45,120 nt of DNA from a bacterium (lineage in GTDB: Bacteria; Patescibacteriota; Patescibacteriia; SG8-24). The notes beneath the pieces were generated by a model that was not told the origin of the DNA, made no database searches, and worked only from the letters and a program-made list of their open reading frames with translations. A program made the translations under genes and the position numbers. Where the stretch lies: contig JAKAKZ010000006.1 of assembly GCA_021824285.1 (NCBI GenBank), forward strand, positions 1-45,120, given 5' to 3'. This document shows positions 25,375-34,284 of this stretch, one piece after another. Position 1 is the first letter of the stretch, and every line of letters starts with the position of its first letter.

Positions 25375-25518
25375 GCTGACGCCGCAAAGCAGTATCTCGT
25401 TGCCCAGTACCTGCGACAGCGAAGCGGCGGCTGCGGTCTTCCGCACGTTTAAACTTTGCCGCCCGCAGCTCCAGACTGGCCTTAAGCGTCGGTATTTTTT
25501 TGGCTTTACCCAGCAGAC

Positions 25519-25547
25519 TTGCGCCATAAAGACGTCATGGTTATACT
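25519..25547 (+). promoter_or_regulatory. Sigma70-like promoter of the mre operon
   Basis: TTGCGC-17-TATACT. Confidence 0.6.
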
Positions 25548-25590
25548 GCCACCGTCAGCGCATCTCCTTAATGCGCGTTGAACAAAAGAG

Positions 25591-26661
25591 ATGTTCAAGA
25601 GGATCATGGGAAAATTTACGCGGGATTTAGGCATTGACCTCGGCACGGCCAACACTTTGGTGTTCTGCCGCGATAAGGGCATCATCATCAACGAGCCTTC
25701 GGTCGTGTCGATCAACACGCGTTCCGGCCAGATCCTGGCGGTCGGCCATGCGGCCAAGGACATGATCGGCAAGACGCCGAACTACATCGCCACCGTGCGG
25801 CCGCTCGTGGCCGGAATCATCTCCGATTTCGAAGTCACGGAAAAGATGCTGCGCTATTTCATTGAGAAGGCCCATAAGGATGGCTTCGCGCTCTTGCCGC
25901 GACCGCGCGTGATCATCGGCGTGCCGCTCGACCTGACTGAAGTGGAACGCAAGGCCGTGGAGGACGCGGCCATGAATGCCGGCGCGCGCGAGGTCTATCT
26001 GGTCGAGGAACCGATGGCCGCGGCCATCGGAGCGCGTCTGCCCATCACGGAACCGGTCGGCAACATGATCATCGATATCGGCGGCGGGACAACGGAAATC
26101 GCGGTCATCTCCCTTTCAGGCGTAGTCACCTGGAAGTCCCTGCCCATCGCCGGCGACGAGTTTAACCGCAATATCGTGCAGTTTGCCCGCGAACGGTTCA
26201 ACCTGCTGCTTGGCGAAAAAGTCGCGGAACAGATCAAGATGCGCATCGGGACGGCGGCGGAGCCGGCGGCGCCGCTGCAGATGGAGATGCGCGGCCGCGA
26301 CATGATCTCCGGTCTGCCGCGTGAGATCATGGTGACCGACGGCCAAATCCGGGAGGCGCTCTCCAAATCCGTCAAAGCCATCGTGGATAACGTGAAGGCC
26401 ACGCTCGAGCTGACACCGCCGGAATTGGTGGCCGACATCTACGAGCGAGGCATCGTCATGACCGGCGGCGGCTCCACGCTCGCCGGCCTCGATAAGGTGA
26501 TTTCCGAGGCGGCCGAGATTCCGGTGCGGGTGGCCGATGACGCCCTGACCTGCGTGGTGCGCGGCACGGGCCTCTTGCTTGATGCGCCGGACCTGCTTGA
26601 TACCATCGCGCTGCCGTCTTCGGTGGAGAACGCGCGCGAGCGTCGTAGGATTCCGGCCTGA
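25591..26661 (+). CDS. mreB: Rod shape-determining protein MreB
   Basis: DLGIDLGTANT, NEPSVV, EEPMAAAIGA, DIGGGTTE, TPPELVADI, TGGG; alternative start at 25606. Confidence 0.98.
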   Translation: MFKRIMGKFTRDLGIDLGTANTLVFCRDKGIIINEPSVVSINTRSGQILAVGHAAKDMIGKTPNYIATVRPLVAGIISDFEVTEKMLRYFIEKAHKDGFALLPRPRVIIGVPLDLTEVERKAVEDAAMNAGAREVYLVEEPMAAAIGARLPITEPVGNMIIDIGGGTTEIAVISLSGVVTWKSLPIAGDEFNRNIVQFARERFNLLLGEKVAEQIKMRIGTAAEPAAPLQMEMRGRDMISGLPREIMVTDGQIREALSKSVKAIVDNVKATLELTPPELVADIYERGIVMTGGGSTLAGLDKVISEAAEIPVRVADDALTCVVRGTGLLLDAPDLLDTIALPSSVENARERRRIPA

Positions 26662-26735
26662 GCCTAACCCGGACTTTTTCGAGGAGACCGGCCGCCGTCC
26701 CGCACTTGCGTCCGGGGCGGCGGTCTCTTGTTTAT

Positions 26736-27530
26736 ATGCGCAGCAGCCTATCCAATACCTTGCGTAGTCCGCTCTGGATCGCCGCTGCCGCAGCGGCGGT
26801 GCTTCTGCTGATCTTCAGCGGACGTATTTTCGGCGTCTTTTCCCGCGGCCTGCGCGCCGCGGCCGGCGTGCTGCACGCTCCGGCAACGGCGTTAGGCAAC
26901 TGGTGGGATGCGAGTCCAACGCCGGACGAGGCTGACGAGAAAATGCTGTCGGCGGTTGCCGACATCCGCCGGCTGTCGGCAGAAAACGCGGAACTGCGGG
27001 CCGCTTTGGGTTACCGTGAAAAGCATCCGGATGCTCTCGTGGCGGCCCGAGTGATTTCTGAATCGGATGACGCCTCTTTGGCCGCCCTGCGTATCGACCG
27101 CGGTTCGGAAGACGGTTTGGCCGCCGGCCAGGCCGTTATCATCGGCGACGGCGTGCTGGTCGGACGGCTGCGCAGCGTCAGCCGCTATTCGGCGGTTGTG
27201 CTGCTCATCACCGACTCCCGCAGCCGTCTCGCGGTGTCTGCTGGCGACTTGACCGAGACCATCGGCGTGCTGGAAGGAGACCGCGGGTTGAGCGTCGGCG
27301 TTTCGCTCATCCCGCAATCCGTGCCGCTCACGGTCGGCGACGTGATTGTCACTTCCGGACTGGAACCGGGCATCCGTCGCGGATTTGCCGTCGGTTCCGT
27401 GGAGAAGATCGAGAAGAGCGTTCAAGCCTCGTTCCAGTCGGCGGTGATCAAGCCGTTTTCTCTGGGCCGCCATCCCAGCGTCGTTCAGGTGGTCGTGCCG
27501 GCGCCAGAAATGCGGGCAGCCACGGAGTGA
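26736..27530 (+). CDS. mreC: Rod shape-determining protein MreC
   Basis: N-terminal TM, coiled coil ENAELRAAL, IDRGSEDG, LVGR, GDVIVTSG. Confidence 0.92.
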   Translation: MRSSLSNTLRSPLWIAAAAAAVLLLIFSGRIFGVFSRGLRAAAGVLHAPATALGNWWDASPTPDEADEKMLSAVADIRRLSAENAELRAALGYREKHPDALVAARVISESDDASLAALRIDRGSEDGLAAGQAVIIGDGVLVGRLRSVSRYSAVVLLITDSRSRLAVSAGDLTETIGVLEGDRGLSVGVSLIPQSVPLTVGDVIVTSGLEPGIRRGFAVGSVEKIEKSVQASFQSAVIKPFSLGRHPSVVQVVVPAPEMRAATE

Positions 27531-28057
27531 GTATGCTGAAGCGATTTTTCATGGTCTGCGGCGTGGCTGGTTTGGCCGTCCTGGAGGCGGCAGCCTTGGC
27601 GATTCTCCCTTGGCCCATGCCGATGCTGCGTTTCAGCCTGATTGCCGTCACGAATCTCGTGACTTCATTCCGCATCGGACTGGCATGGTCGGCGGCCTTG
27701 GCGGCCGGTCTCGTGCTCGACCTGCTGATGCCTTGGCCGCCGGGTTGCGGCACCCTGGGGATGCTTGCGGTAGTGGCCGTGCTGACGCCGCTGACCACGC
27801 GCGTGCTGACCCATATCTCCCTGCCGTCGCTTGTCGGCATCAATGTCATCGCCTTTGCGGTCTTCAATCTCACCGCCACGGCGGTTCGTTCGGCATCCGA
27901 TCTTCTGGAGAGCGGTCATCCGCATTTCTGGCCGGCGGGCGGCTTCTGGCTGTTCGGTCTGGCGCTCCTGACCCAGACGGCGCTCGCGGCTCTCTGGCAG
28001 GTCGTGGCGCGCAAAGTCCACCGTTCGCTCGTCTCTTCATTCCTGGTGCTGCGCTGA
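27527..28057 (+). CDS. mreD: MreD-like membrane protein
   Basis: Multi-TM protein with AGLVLDL motif, between mreC and mrdA; GTGA overlap with mreC. Confidence 0.65.
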   Translation: MSMLKRFFMVCGVAGLAVLEAAALAILPWPMPMLRFSLIAVTNLVTSFRIGLAWSAALAAGLVLDLLMPWPPGCGTLGMLAVVAVLTPLTTRVLTHISLPSLVGINVIAFAVFNLTATAVRSASDLLESGHPHFWPAGGFWLFGLALLTQTALAALWQVVARKVHRSLVSSFLVLR

Positions 28058-28058
28058 T

Positions 28059-30095
28059 ATGGCCCATTTGCCTGATGACCGCGGATTCGGCGAGCTGTTC
28101 CCGCGGTTTGAGGATAATCGGAACTTGACGGTGCGGCGCACGGAGAAGGACGCGCCGTTCGAGGCGTCGCCGGAGGAGGAGCAGTTTGGCGATCCATCCG
28201 CGGCGGAATACCTCGGGGCGGCGGTGCGTCCGGCCCGCCTGCACATCATGCTGCTGGCCGTACTTGCGCCCTTGCTCGCGGTCGTCGTACGCACGGGCCA
28301 ACTGCAGCTGTCGCAGGGCGGCGACCTGTCGCGGAAGGCCGAAAGCAATCGCCTGCGGACGGAGCGCGTTCCGGTCGAGCGCGGCATCATCTACGACAGT
28401 GCCGGCCGGCCGCTGGTCTCCAACGTACCCAGCTTCAGCGCGACAGTGGTGCCGGCCGACTTGCCGCGGGACCCGCAGATGCGGCGCGAGACTTTGGCGC
28501 GGGTGGCGTCGCTTTTGGGCCAGAAGCCGATGGATATCGAAAAGGCCATCGCCGAATACGGCGTCAATCGGCAGGATCCGGTCGTGATCGCTGACGACAT
28601 TCCGCACGATGAGGCGGTTCTGGTTTCCGTGGAAGCCTCGCGGACGCCGGCGCTTGGCCTGGATATCGGCACCCGCCGCGAATATCCGCTTGCCGACTCT
28701 GTGCCGTCCTTGGCGCACGTGCTCGGCTACGAGTCGCGCGTCACGCAGGCCGACCTGGACCGCGCGGCGGACAGCCAGTACGCGCCGACTGATCTGATCG
28801 GTAAAATGGGCTTGGAACGTTTTTATGAGTCGGCTCTGCGCGGCAGTCCTGGGGAACGGCGGGTGGAGGTCGATGCCGTCGGCCGACGCAAGCGCACGGT
28901 TTCCGAGAATCGCGGGACGAAGGGGACTAGCCTGGTGCTCGCTTTAGATCTGGATCTGCAGCGGGAGGCCGAAGCGGCCCTGCGTGACGAGCTGAAGCTG
29001 ACCCACAAGAGCCGCGGCAGCGTCGTGGTGCTGGACCCACGCACCGGCGAAGTCCGGGCCCTCGTCAGCTGGCCGTCGTTCTCCAACGAGCTATTCGCCC
29101 AAGGTATCGGCGCGTCGGCCTATTCCGAACTGATCAGCGACAAGGATAAACCGCTGTTCATGCGGGCCATCGCCGGCTCCTTGCCGGCCGGTTCGACCTT
29201 CAAGCCGGTGATCGGCGCAGCCGCCCTGGAGGAGAAGATAGTCACGCCGAGCACCACTTTCATGTCCACGGGCGGACTGAAGGTCGGGCAATGGTTCTTT
29301 CCTGACTGGAAAGCCGGCGGCCATGGGCCGACCGATCTGGCCAAGGCCATCGCCGAGTCGGTGAACACCTACTTCTATACTGTGGGCGGCGGCTATGACC
29401 GCCAACCGGGCTTGGGCCCATGGAGGATCGCGTCTTACGCTGCGCGTTTCGGTTTCGGTATGCCTCTCGGCATCGATCTGCCCGGCGAACAGGGCGGTTT
29501 TCTGCCGACGCCCGAATGGAAAGAGCAGACTCGTCACGAGGTCTGGTACATCGGCGACACCTATCATGTGGCGATCGGACAGGGTGACGTGCTGGTGACG
29601 CCACTGCAGATCGCGGCGATGACCACGGTCTTCGCGAACGGCGGCACGCTCTATGAGCCGCATCTGGTCAGCGTGGACATCGCGGCCGACGGCTCGCGTC
29701 AGGAGATCCACCCGACCGTCTTACGGAGCCAGGTGGTCAGCGCCCCGTCGATCGAGGCAGTGCGGCGCGGCATGCGGCAGACGGTCACGGCCGGCAGTGC
29801 CCGCTCGCTCGGAGACCTGCCGGTGGCCGTGGCCGCGAAGACCGGTACGGCCCAATGGAGTTCGGACAAGTCAACGCACGCCTGGTTCACCTCATTCGCG
29901 CCATACGACAAACCGCAGCTCACCGTGACGGTCCTGGTGGAGGAAGGAGGGGAAGGATCGTCGGTGGCTGCACCGATAGCCAAACGCATATACGGCTGGT
30001 ATTTCCGCGACAAGTCGAAGCCTTATGTGCCGTACCGACCGACAGTACCGGTGCCGACGCAGATTACGGCGACGGTCGATCGGCTGGTCGAATGA
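28059..30095 (+). CDS. mrdA: Penicillin-binding protein 2
   Basis: RGIIYD, REYP, IGKMGLE, SxxK (GSTFK), SxN (SVN), KTG. Confidence 0.95.
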   Translation: MAHLPDDRGFGELFPRFEDNRNLTVRRTEKDAPFEASPEEEQFGDPSAAEYLGAAVRPARLHIMLLAVLAPLLAVVVRTGQLQLSQGGDLSRKAESNRLRTERVPVERGIIYDSAGRPLVSNVPSFSATVVPADLPRDPQMRRETLARVASLLGQKPMDIEKAIAEYGVNRQDPVVIADDIPHDEAVLVSVEASRTPALGLDIGTRREYPLADSVPSLAHVLGYESRVTQADLDRAADSQYAPTDLIGKMGLERFYESALRGSPGERRVEVDAVGRRKRTVSENRGTKGTSLVLALDLDLQREAEAALRDELKLTHKSRGSVVVLDPRTGEVRALVSWPSFSNELFAQGIGASAYSELISDKDKPLFMRAIAGSLPAGSTFKPVIGAAALEEKIVTPSTTFMSTGGLKVGQWFFPDWKAGGHGPTDLAKAIAESVNTYFYTVGGGYDRQPGLGPWRIASYAARFGFGMPLGIDLPGEQGGFLPTPEWKEQTRHEVWYIGDTYHVAIGQGDVLVTPLQIAAMTTVFANGGTLYEPHLVSVDIAADGSRQEIHPTVLRSQVVSAPSIEAVRRGMRQTVTAGSARSLGDLPVAVAAKTGTAQWSSDKSTHAWFTSFAPYDKPQLTVTVLVEEGGEGSSVAAPIAKRIYGWYFRDKSKPYVPYRPTVPVPTQITATVDRLVE

Positions 30096-30125
30096 CGGCC
30101 GAACCTTGCCCGGGCGAATTCCGCC

Positions 30126-30154
30126 TTGACCGGCTAATGGTTTTTTCCTATATT
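30126..30154 (+). promoter_or_regulatory. Sigma70-like promoter of greA-lysS
   Basis: TTGACC-17-TATATT. Confidence 0.65.
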
Positions 30155-30232
30155 TAAGCGGTCAAAACCGAAGCCGACGACACCGCGCGGACCGCGCGGG
30201 ATTGATAGTTTTGCCCGATAGGGCGCACCGCT

Positions 30233-30691
30233 ATGTCCGGACCGTTCTACGTTTCCGCCGAAGGAATGAAGAAAATGGAAGATGAACTGGCCTATCTCAA
30301 GACGGCTAAACGCCTGGAGATGTCTGAACGCATCGAAAAGGCCAAGGACTTGGGCGACCTGCGCGAAAACGCCGACTATCAGGAGGCCAAGGACGAGCTG
30401 GCCAGCGTGGAAAGCCGCATCCTGGAGCTCTCCGATGCGCTGAAGCGCGCGGTCATCATCGAGGCGGCCGCCGGCGACATGGTGACGCTCGGGGCCAGCG
30501 TGACGGTGGCGGTCGGCGGCAAGGAAAAGGTCTTCCGGGTCGTCGGTTCGCATGAGGCGAACCCTTTGCAGGGCCTGATCTCCAATGAATCGCCCCTGGG
30601 CCGGGCCCTCCTGGGAAAGAAGGTCGGCGAGAGCGCCGAAGTGGCCGCCCCGTCGGGCACCATACGGTACGAAATCAGGAAAATCGGTTGA
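30233..30691 (+). CDS. greA: Transcription elongation factor GreA
   Basis: GDLRENADYQEAK, ISNESPLGRALLG. Confidence 0.97.
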   Translation: MSGPFYVSAEGMKKMEDELAYLKTAKRLEMSERIEKAKDLGDLRENADYQEAKDELASVESRILELSDALKRAVIIEAAAGDMVTLGASVTVAVGGKEKVFRVVGSHEANPLQGLISNESPLGRALLGKKVGESAEVAAPSGTIRYEIRKIG

Positions 30692-30697
30692 ATTAAT

Positions 30698-32200
30698 ATG
30701 CAATCAGAAAATCCCATCGAGGAGTCGGCCGTACGTCTGGAACGGCTTAACGCGCTCATCGCCGACGGCATCGATCCATATCCGTCGGCGAGCGCCCGCA
30801 CCCACAAGATCAGCCGGCTGCTTGCGGAGTTTGAGGCGCTGGTGGCCTCCCAGGAACCGGTCACGGTCGCCGGCCGCATTCGGGCCGTCCGCGGCCACGG
30901 TGGCGCGGCCTTCGCCGACTTGGAGGACGAATCCGGCAAGATCCAGCTGCATCTCAAGTCTGACGTGCTCGGCGCGGCCAAGTTCGCGTTTTTCGAGAAT
31001 CGCGTCAATCTCGGGGATTTCCTGCAGATCACGGGTGCGGCCTTCGTCACGCGCCGCGGCGAGAAGTCGTTGGAGGCACGCGATTTGACGGTCCTCACCA
31101 AGGCGCTGGCGCCGTTGCCGGACAAATGGCACGGCCTCACGGACGTGGAGATCCGCTACCGCAAGCGCTACCTGGACCTCATCGCCAGCCCGGAGGTCCG
31201 CGGCATTTTCCGCAAGCGGTCGCTTATCGTGCAGACCATCAGAGATTTTTTCCACCGTGAGGGTTTCATGGAAGTGGAGACGCCGATCCTGCAGCCCATC
31301 GCCGGCGGCGCGACCGCCCGCCCGTTCATCACGCACCATAATGCCCTGGACATCGATCTCTACCTGCGGATCGCCCCGGAGCTTTATCTCAAGCGTCTGG
31401 TCGTGGGCGGCTTCGAGCGCGTTTTTGAGATCGCCCGCTGTTTCCGCAACGAGGGCATCGACCACGCCCATAATCCGGAATTCACGCAGATCGAGTTCTA
31501 CCAGGCTTATGCCGACTACAACGACCTGATGGCCCTGACCGAGCGCCTGCTGCCGGAGATCGTCGGCAAGGTGACGGGCGGCAATACGCAGGTGACTTAT
31601 GCCGGCAAGACGGTCGATTTTGCGGCACCCTACCCGCGACTCAGTTTCCGCGATGCGCTCTTGGAGTACGGCGATTTCGACATCGAGAAGTATCCGGACC
31701 GCCATTCGTTGGCCAAGGCGGCGGCCGCTTGCGGCGTAGCTGTTGAGGACAAGGACGACCGTGGCGCCATTTTCGACAATCTTTACAAGAAGTTCGTCCG
31801 CCCGCGGATTGTGAACCCCACCTTTATCATCGACCAGCCGGTGGAGCTGTCGCCGCTCGCCAAGAAGAAGCGCGGCGACCAGCGTTACGTGGAGCGGTTC
31901 CAGCTGGTGCTCGCTGAAGGCACGGAACTGATCAATGCCTTTTCGGAGCTGAACGATCCGATCGACCAGCGTCAGCGCTTCGAAGAGCAGGAGCGGTTGC
32001 GCGAAAAGGGCGATGAGGAGGCCCAGCACATGGACGAGGACTACGTCGAGGCGCTGTCCGTCGGCCTGCCTCCCACGGCTGGTTTCGGCATGGGCATCGA
32101 TCGCCTGACTGCCATCCTGACCGATTCGCACAATCTCAAGGAAGTGATCCTTTTCCCGACTTTACGCCCTCTGCCGCCGGAGGCGGACAAGAAAGGCTGA
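30698..32200 (+). CDS. lysS: Lysine--tRNA ligase (class II)
   Basis: RYRKRYLDL, GGATARPF.THHNAL, LRIAPELYLKRL, FRNEG, NAFSELNDP, GLPPTAGFGMGIDRL. Confidence 0.98.
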   Translation: MQSENPIEESAVRLERLNALIADGIDPYPSASARTHKISRLLAEFEALVASQEPVTVAGRIRAVRGHGGAAFADLEDESGKIQLHLKSDVLGAAKFAFFENRVNLGDFLQITGAAFVTRRGEKSLEARDLTVLTKALAPLPDKWHGLTDVEIRYRKRYLDLIASPEVRGIFRKRSLIVQTIRDFFHREGFMEVETPILQPIAGGATARPFITHHNALDIDLYLRIAPELYLKRLVVGGFERVFEIARCFRNEGIDHAHNPEFTQIEFYQAYADYNDLMALTERLLPEIVGKVTGGNTQVTYAGKTVDFAAPYPRLSFRDALLEYGDFDIEKYPDRHSLAKAAAACGVAVEDKDDRGAIFDNLYKKFVRPRIVNPTFIIDQPVELSPLAKKKRGDQRYVERFQLVLAEGTELINAFSELNDPIDQRQRFEEQERLREKGDEEAQHMDEDYVEALSVGLPPTAGFGMGIDRLTAILTDSHNLKEVILFPTLRPLPPEADKKG

Positions 32201-32205
32201 AAAAA

Positions 32206-32808
32206 ATGAAAATATTGGTCGGTACAGCCAATCCCGGCAAGGCTCGCGAGCTCGTGGAGCTGCTGGCCGGAACCGGCATCGAAGTCGTCTCGCTTCGCGA
32301 TGTCGGACTCTCGGCCATTGAGGAGACCGGGACGACTTTCGAGGAGAACGCCCTGCTTAAGGCCCGCACCTACGCCGCGGCGAGCGGACTGCCGTGCCTC
32401 GCTGACGATGGGGGACTGGAGATAGATGCCTTGGACGGCGCGCCGGGCGTCTATTCGCACCGCTGGGCCGGCGAACAGGCGTCGGATTTCGATTTGGCCG
32501 AGAAGGTCATCGTCAGTTTGGCCGACGTGCCGGCTGACGGCCGGTCGGCTCGGCTGCGCACGGTCCTGGCGTTCACGATGCCCGATGGCGAAAGCCTGAC
32601 CGTCGACCGTTCCATCGCCGGACGGATCGCGATGTCATATGATCGAGCCAAAATCCAATCCGGCTATCCCTACCGTTCGCTGCTCATCGTGGACCGTTAC
32701 GGGAAGTTGTTCGCGGATCTGACACACGAGGAGCATGAGGCGGTAAACCATCGTAGGGCCGCGTTGCGGGAGATACTGCCGACCGTCATCGAGATGCTGA
32801 AAGTTTAG
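32206..32808 (+). CDS. HAM1/RdgB-family non-canonical purine NTP pyrophosphatase
   Basis: TANPGKARE, EETGTTFEENALLKA, LADDGGLEIDALDGAPGVYS, NHR. Confidence 0.9.
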   Translation: MKILVGTANPGKARELVELLAGTGIEVVSLRDVGLSAIEETGTTFEENALLKARTYAAASGLPCLADDGGLEIDALDGAPGVYSHRWAGEQASDFDLAEKVIVSLADVPADGRSARLRTVLAFTMPDGESLTVDRSIAGRIAMSYDRAKIQSGYPYRSLLIVDRYGKLFADLTHEEHEAVNHRRAALREILPTVIEMLKV

Positions 32809-32849
32809 AGCTGCCCCGCCTCCTATCTTTAGTCTGAGATGGCGGGAAA

Positions 32850-32931
32850 AGTTGGGAGTTATTCGTCCTAAATTGCGCTCAACAGCGCAATTTTTTATAA
32901 ACATTTAGCGCTAAACCGTAAACTCCCAACT
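32850..32931. repeat. 11-bp inverted repeat and heptamer array enclosing a terminator
   Basis: AGTTGGGAGTT (32850-32860) / AACTCCCAACT (32921-32931); TAAACAT TTAGCGC TAAACCG TAAACTC CCAACTC. Confidence 0.6.
32870..32896 (+). terminator. Intrinsic terminator
   Basis: AAATTGCGCT-caac-AGCGCAATTT followed by TTT. Confidence 0.8.
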
Positions 32932-33007
32932 CCTTCAGCGGCAATGCTTGCCGCAAGCCACTCGCCGTGGCATGATAAAGGAGCGCAGAGTGCGCATATT
33001 TTTGCTT

Positions 33008-34276
33008 ATGATCGACATCAAACTCGTGCGGGAAAATCCGAACGGCGTGCGCCAGGGAGCGGCCGCCAAGAATGTGGACGTGGACATCGACGCCATCCTG
33101 AAACTGGACTCCGAACGCCGTCGGCTGATCGGCGAATCGGAAAAACTGAAGGCGGACCAGAACCGCGCCTCCGACGAGATCTCCAAGGAGAAAGATGCGG
33201 CGGCACGCCAGGCTAAGATCGCCGTCGTGAAGGAGTCAAAGGAAAAGATGAAGGCACTCGAGTCAGAGCTGCAGGCCGCCGAGGCGGCGCTCGACAAGGC
33301 CCTGCGGCTCATACCGAACCTGCCGCGTCCCGACGTGAAGATCGGCAAGGACGATACTTTCAACTACGTGATCCGTAGCTTCAAGGAACCGACCAAGTTC
33401 GGTTTCGAACCGAAGGATTACATGACGCTTGGCGAGGCGCTCGACATCATCGACACGGAGCGGGCCGCCAAGGTCTCAGGCGCCCGTTTCGGCTACCTCA
33501 AGGGCGATGGGGCCATGCTGGAGTTTGCCTTAGTTCAGTACGCGCTGCATCTGCTGGCGGCCGAGGGTTTTACGCCGGTAGTGCCGCCGGTGATGGTGGG
33601 TGAACGCGCGATGGCGGCGATGGGATACCTGGATCGCGGCCGCGATGAGATTTACCGTCTGCAGGAAGACAATCTCTATCTCGTCGGCACCTCCGAGCAG
33701 TCCATCGGTCCGATGCACATGGACGAGACGTTCCGCGAGGCCGAGCTGCCGCGCCGCTATGTGGGTTTCTCGACCTGCTTCCGCCGTGAGGCCGGCTCCT
33801 ACGGCAAGGACACGCGGGGCATCCTGCGCGTGCACCAGTTCGACAAGCTGGAGATGTTCTCCTTCACCGTGCCGGAGAAGTCCGACGACGAGCATCTCAA
33901 GCTATTGGCGCTGGAAGAGAAGCTGCTGCAGGGCCTGGGCCTGCCGCACCACGTGCTCGGTATCTGTTCCGGCGATCTCGGCGATCCGGCGGCTCGGAAA
34001 TACGACTTGGAGACCTGGATTCCGTCGCAGAAGACCTACCGCGAAACGCATTCGACTTCTACCTGCACGGATTACCAGTCGCGCCGCCTGAACATCCGGG
34101 TGCGGCGCGATGACGGACGGATGGAGTTCGTGCACACGTTGAACGGCACGGCCTTCGCCATCGGCCGCATCATCATCGCCATCATCGAGAATTTCCAGCA
34201 GGCCGACGGTTCCATCGAGATTCCGGCGGTCTTAGCGCCCTACATGGGCGGCAAGACGCATATCCGTCCGGCCTGA
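33008..34276 (+). CDS. serS: Serine--tRNA ligase
   Basis: MIDIKLVREN, KVSGARF, LVGTSE, CFRREAGSYGKDTRG.LRVHQF, HTLNGTA; promoter TTGCCG(32948)-17-CATGAT. Confidence 0.98.
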   Translation: MIDIKLVRENPNGVRQGAAAKNVDVDIDAILKLDSERRRLIGESEKLKADQNRASDEISKEKDAAARQAKIAVVKESKEKMKALESELQAAEAALDKALRLIPNLPRPDVKIGKDDTFNYVIRSFKEPTKFGFEPKDYMTLGEALDIIDTERAAKVSGARFGYLKGDGAMLEFALVQYALHLLAAEGFTPVVPPVMVGERAMAAMGYLDRGRDEIYRLQEDNLYLVGTSEQSIGPMHMDETFREAELPRRYVGFSTCFRREAGSYGKDTRGILRVHQFDKLEMFSFTVPEKSDDEHLKLLALEEKLLQGLGLPHHVLGICSGDLGDPAARKYDLETWIPSQKTYRETHSTSTCTDYQSRRLNIRVRRDDGRMEFVHTLNGTAFAIGRIIIAIIENFQQADGSIEIPAVLAPYMGGKTHIRPA

Positions 34277-34284
34277 AACCGCCT

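Noticed and set aside
25420-25460. SRP RNA-like GGAAG..GCAGCC on the minus strand
   Set aside because: Lacks the conserved CAGG/AGCA internal loop around a GNRA tetraloop, and no minus-strand promoter was found
30704-32131. 475-aa minus-strand ORF and similar long antisense ORFs over metG, uvrD and ftsH
   Set aside because: Antisense to unambiguous housekeeping genes
4573-32931. Intergenic arrays as CRISPR repeats
   Set aside because: Units are 7-8 bp with no unique spacers, and no cas genes are present; the Cas4-like PD-(D/E)XK domain belongs to the UvrD fusion
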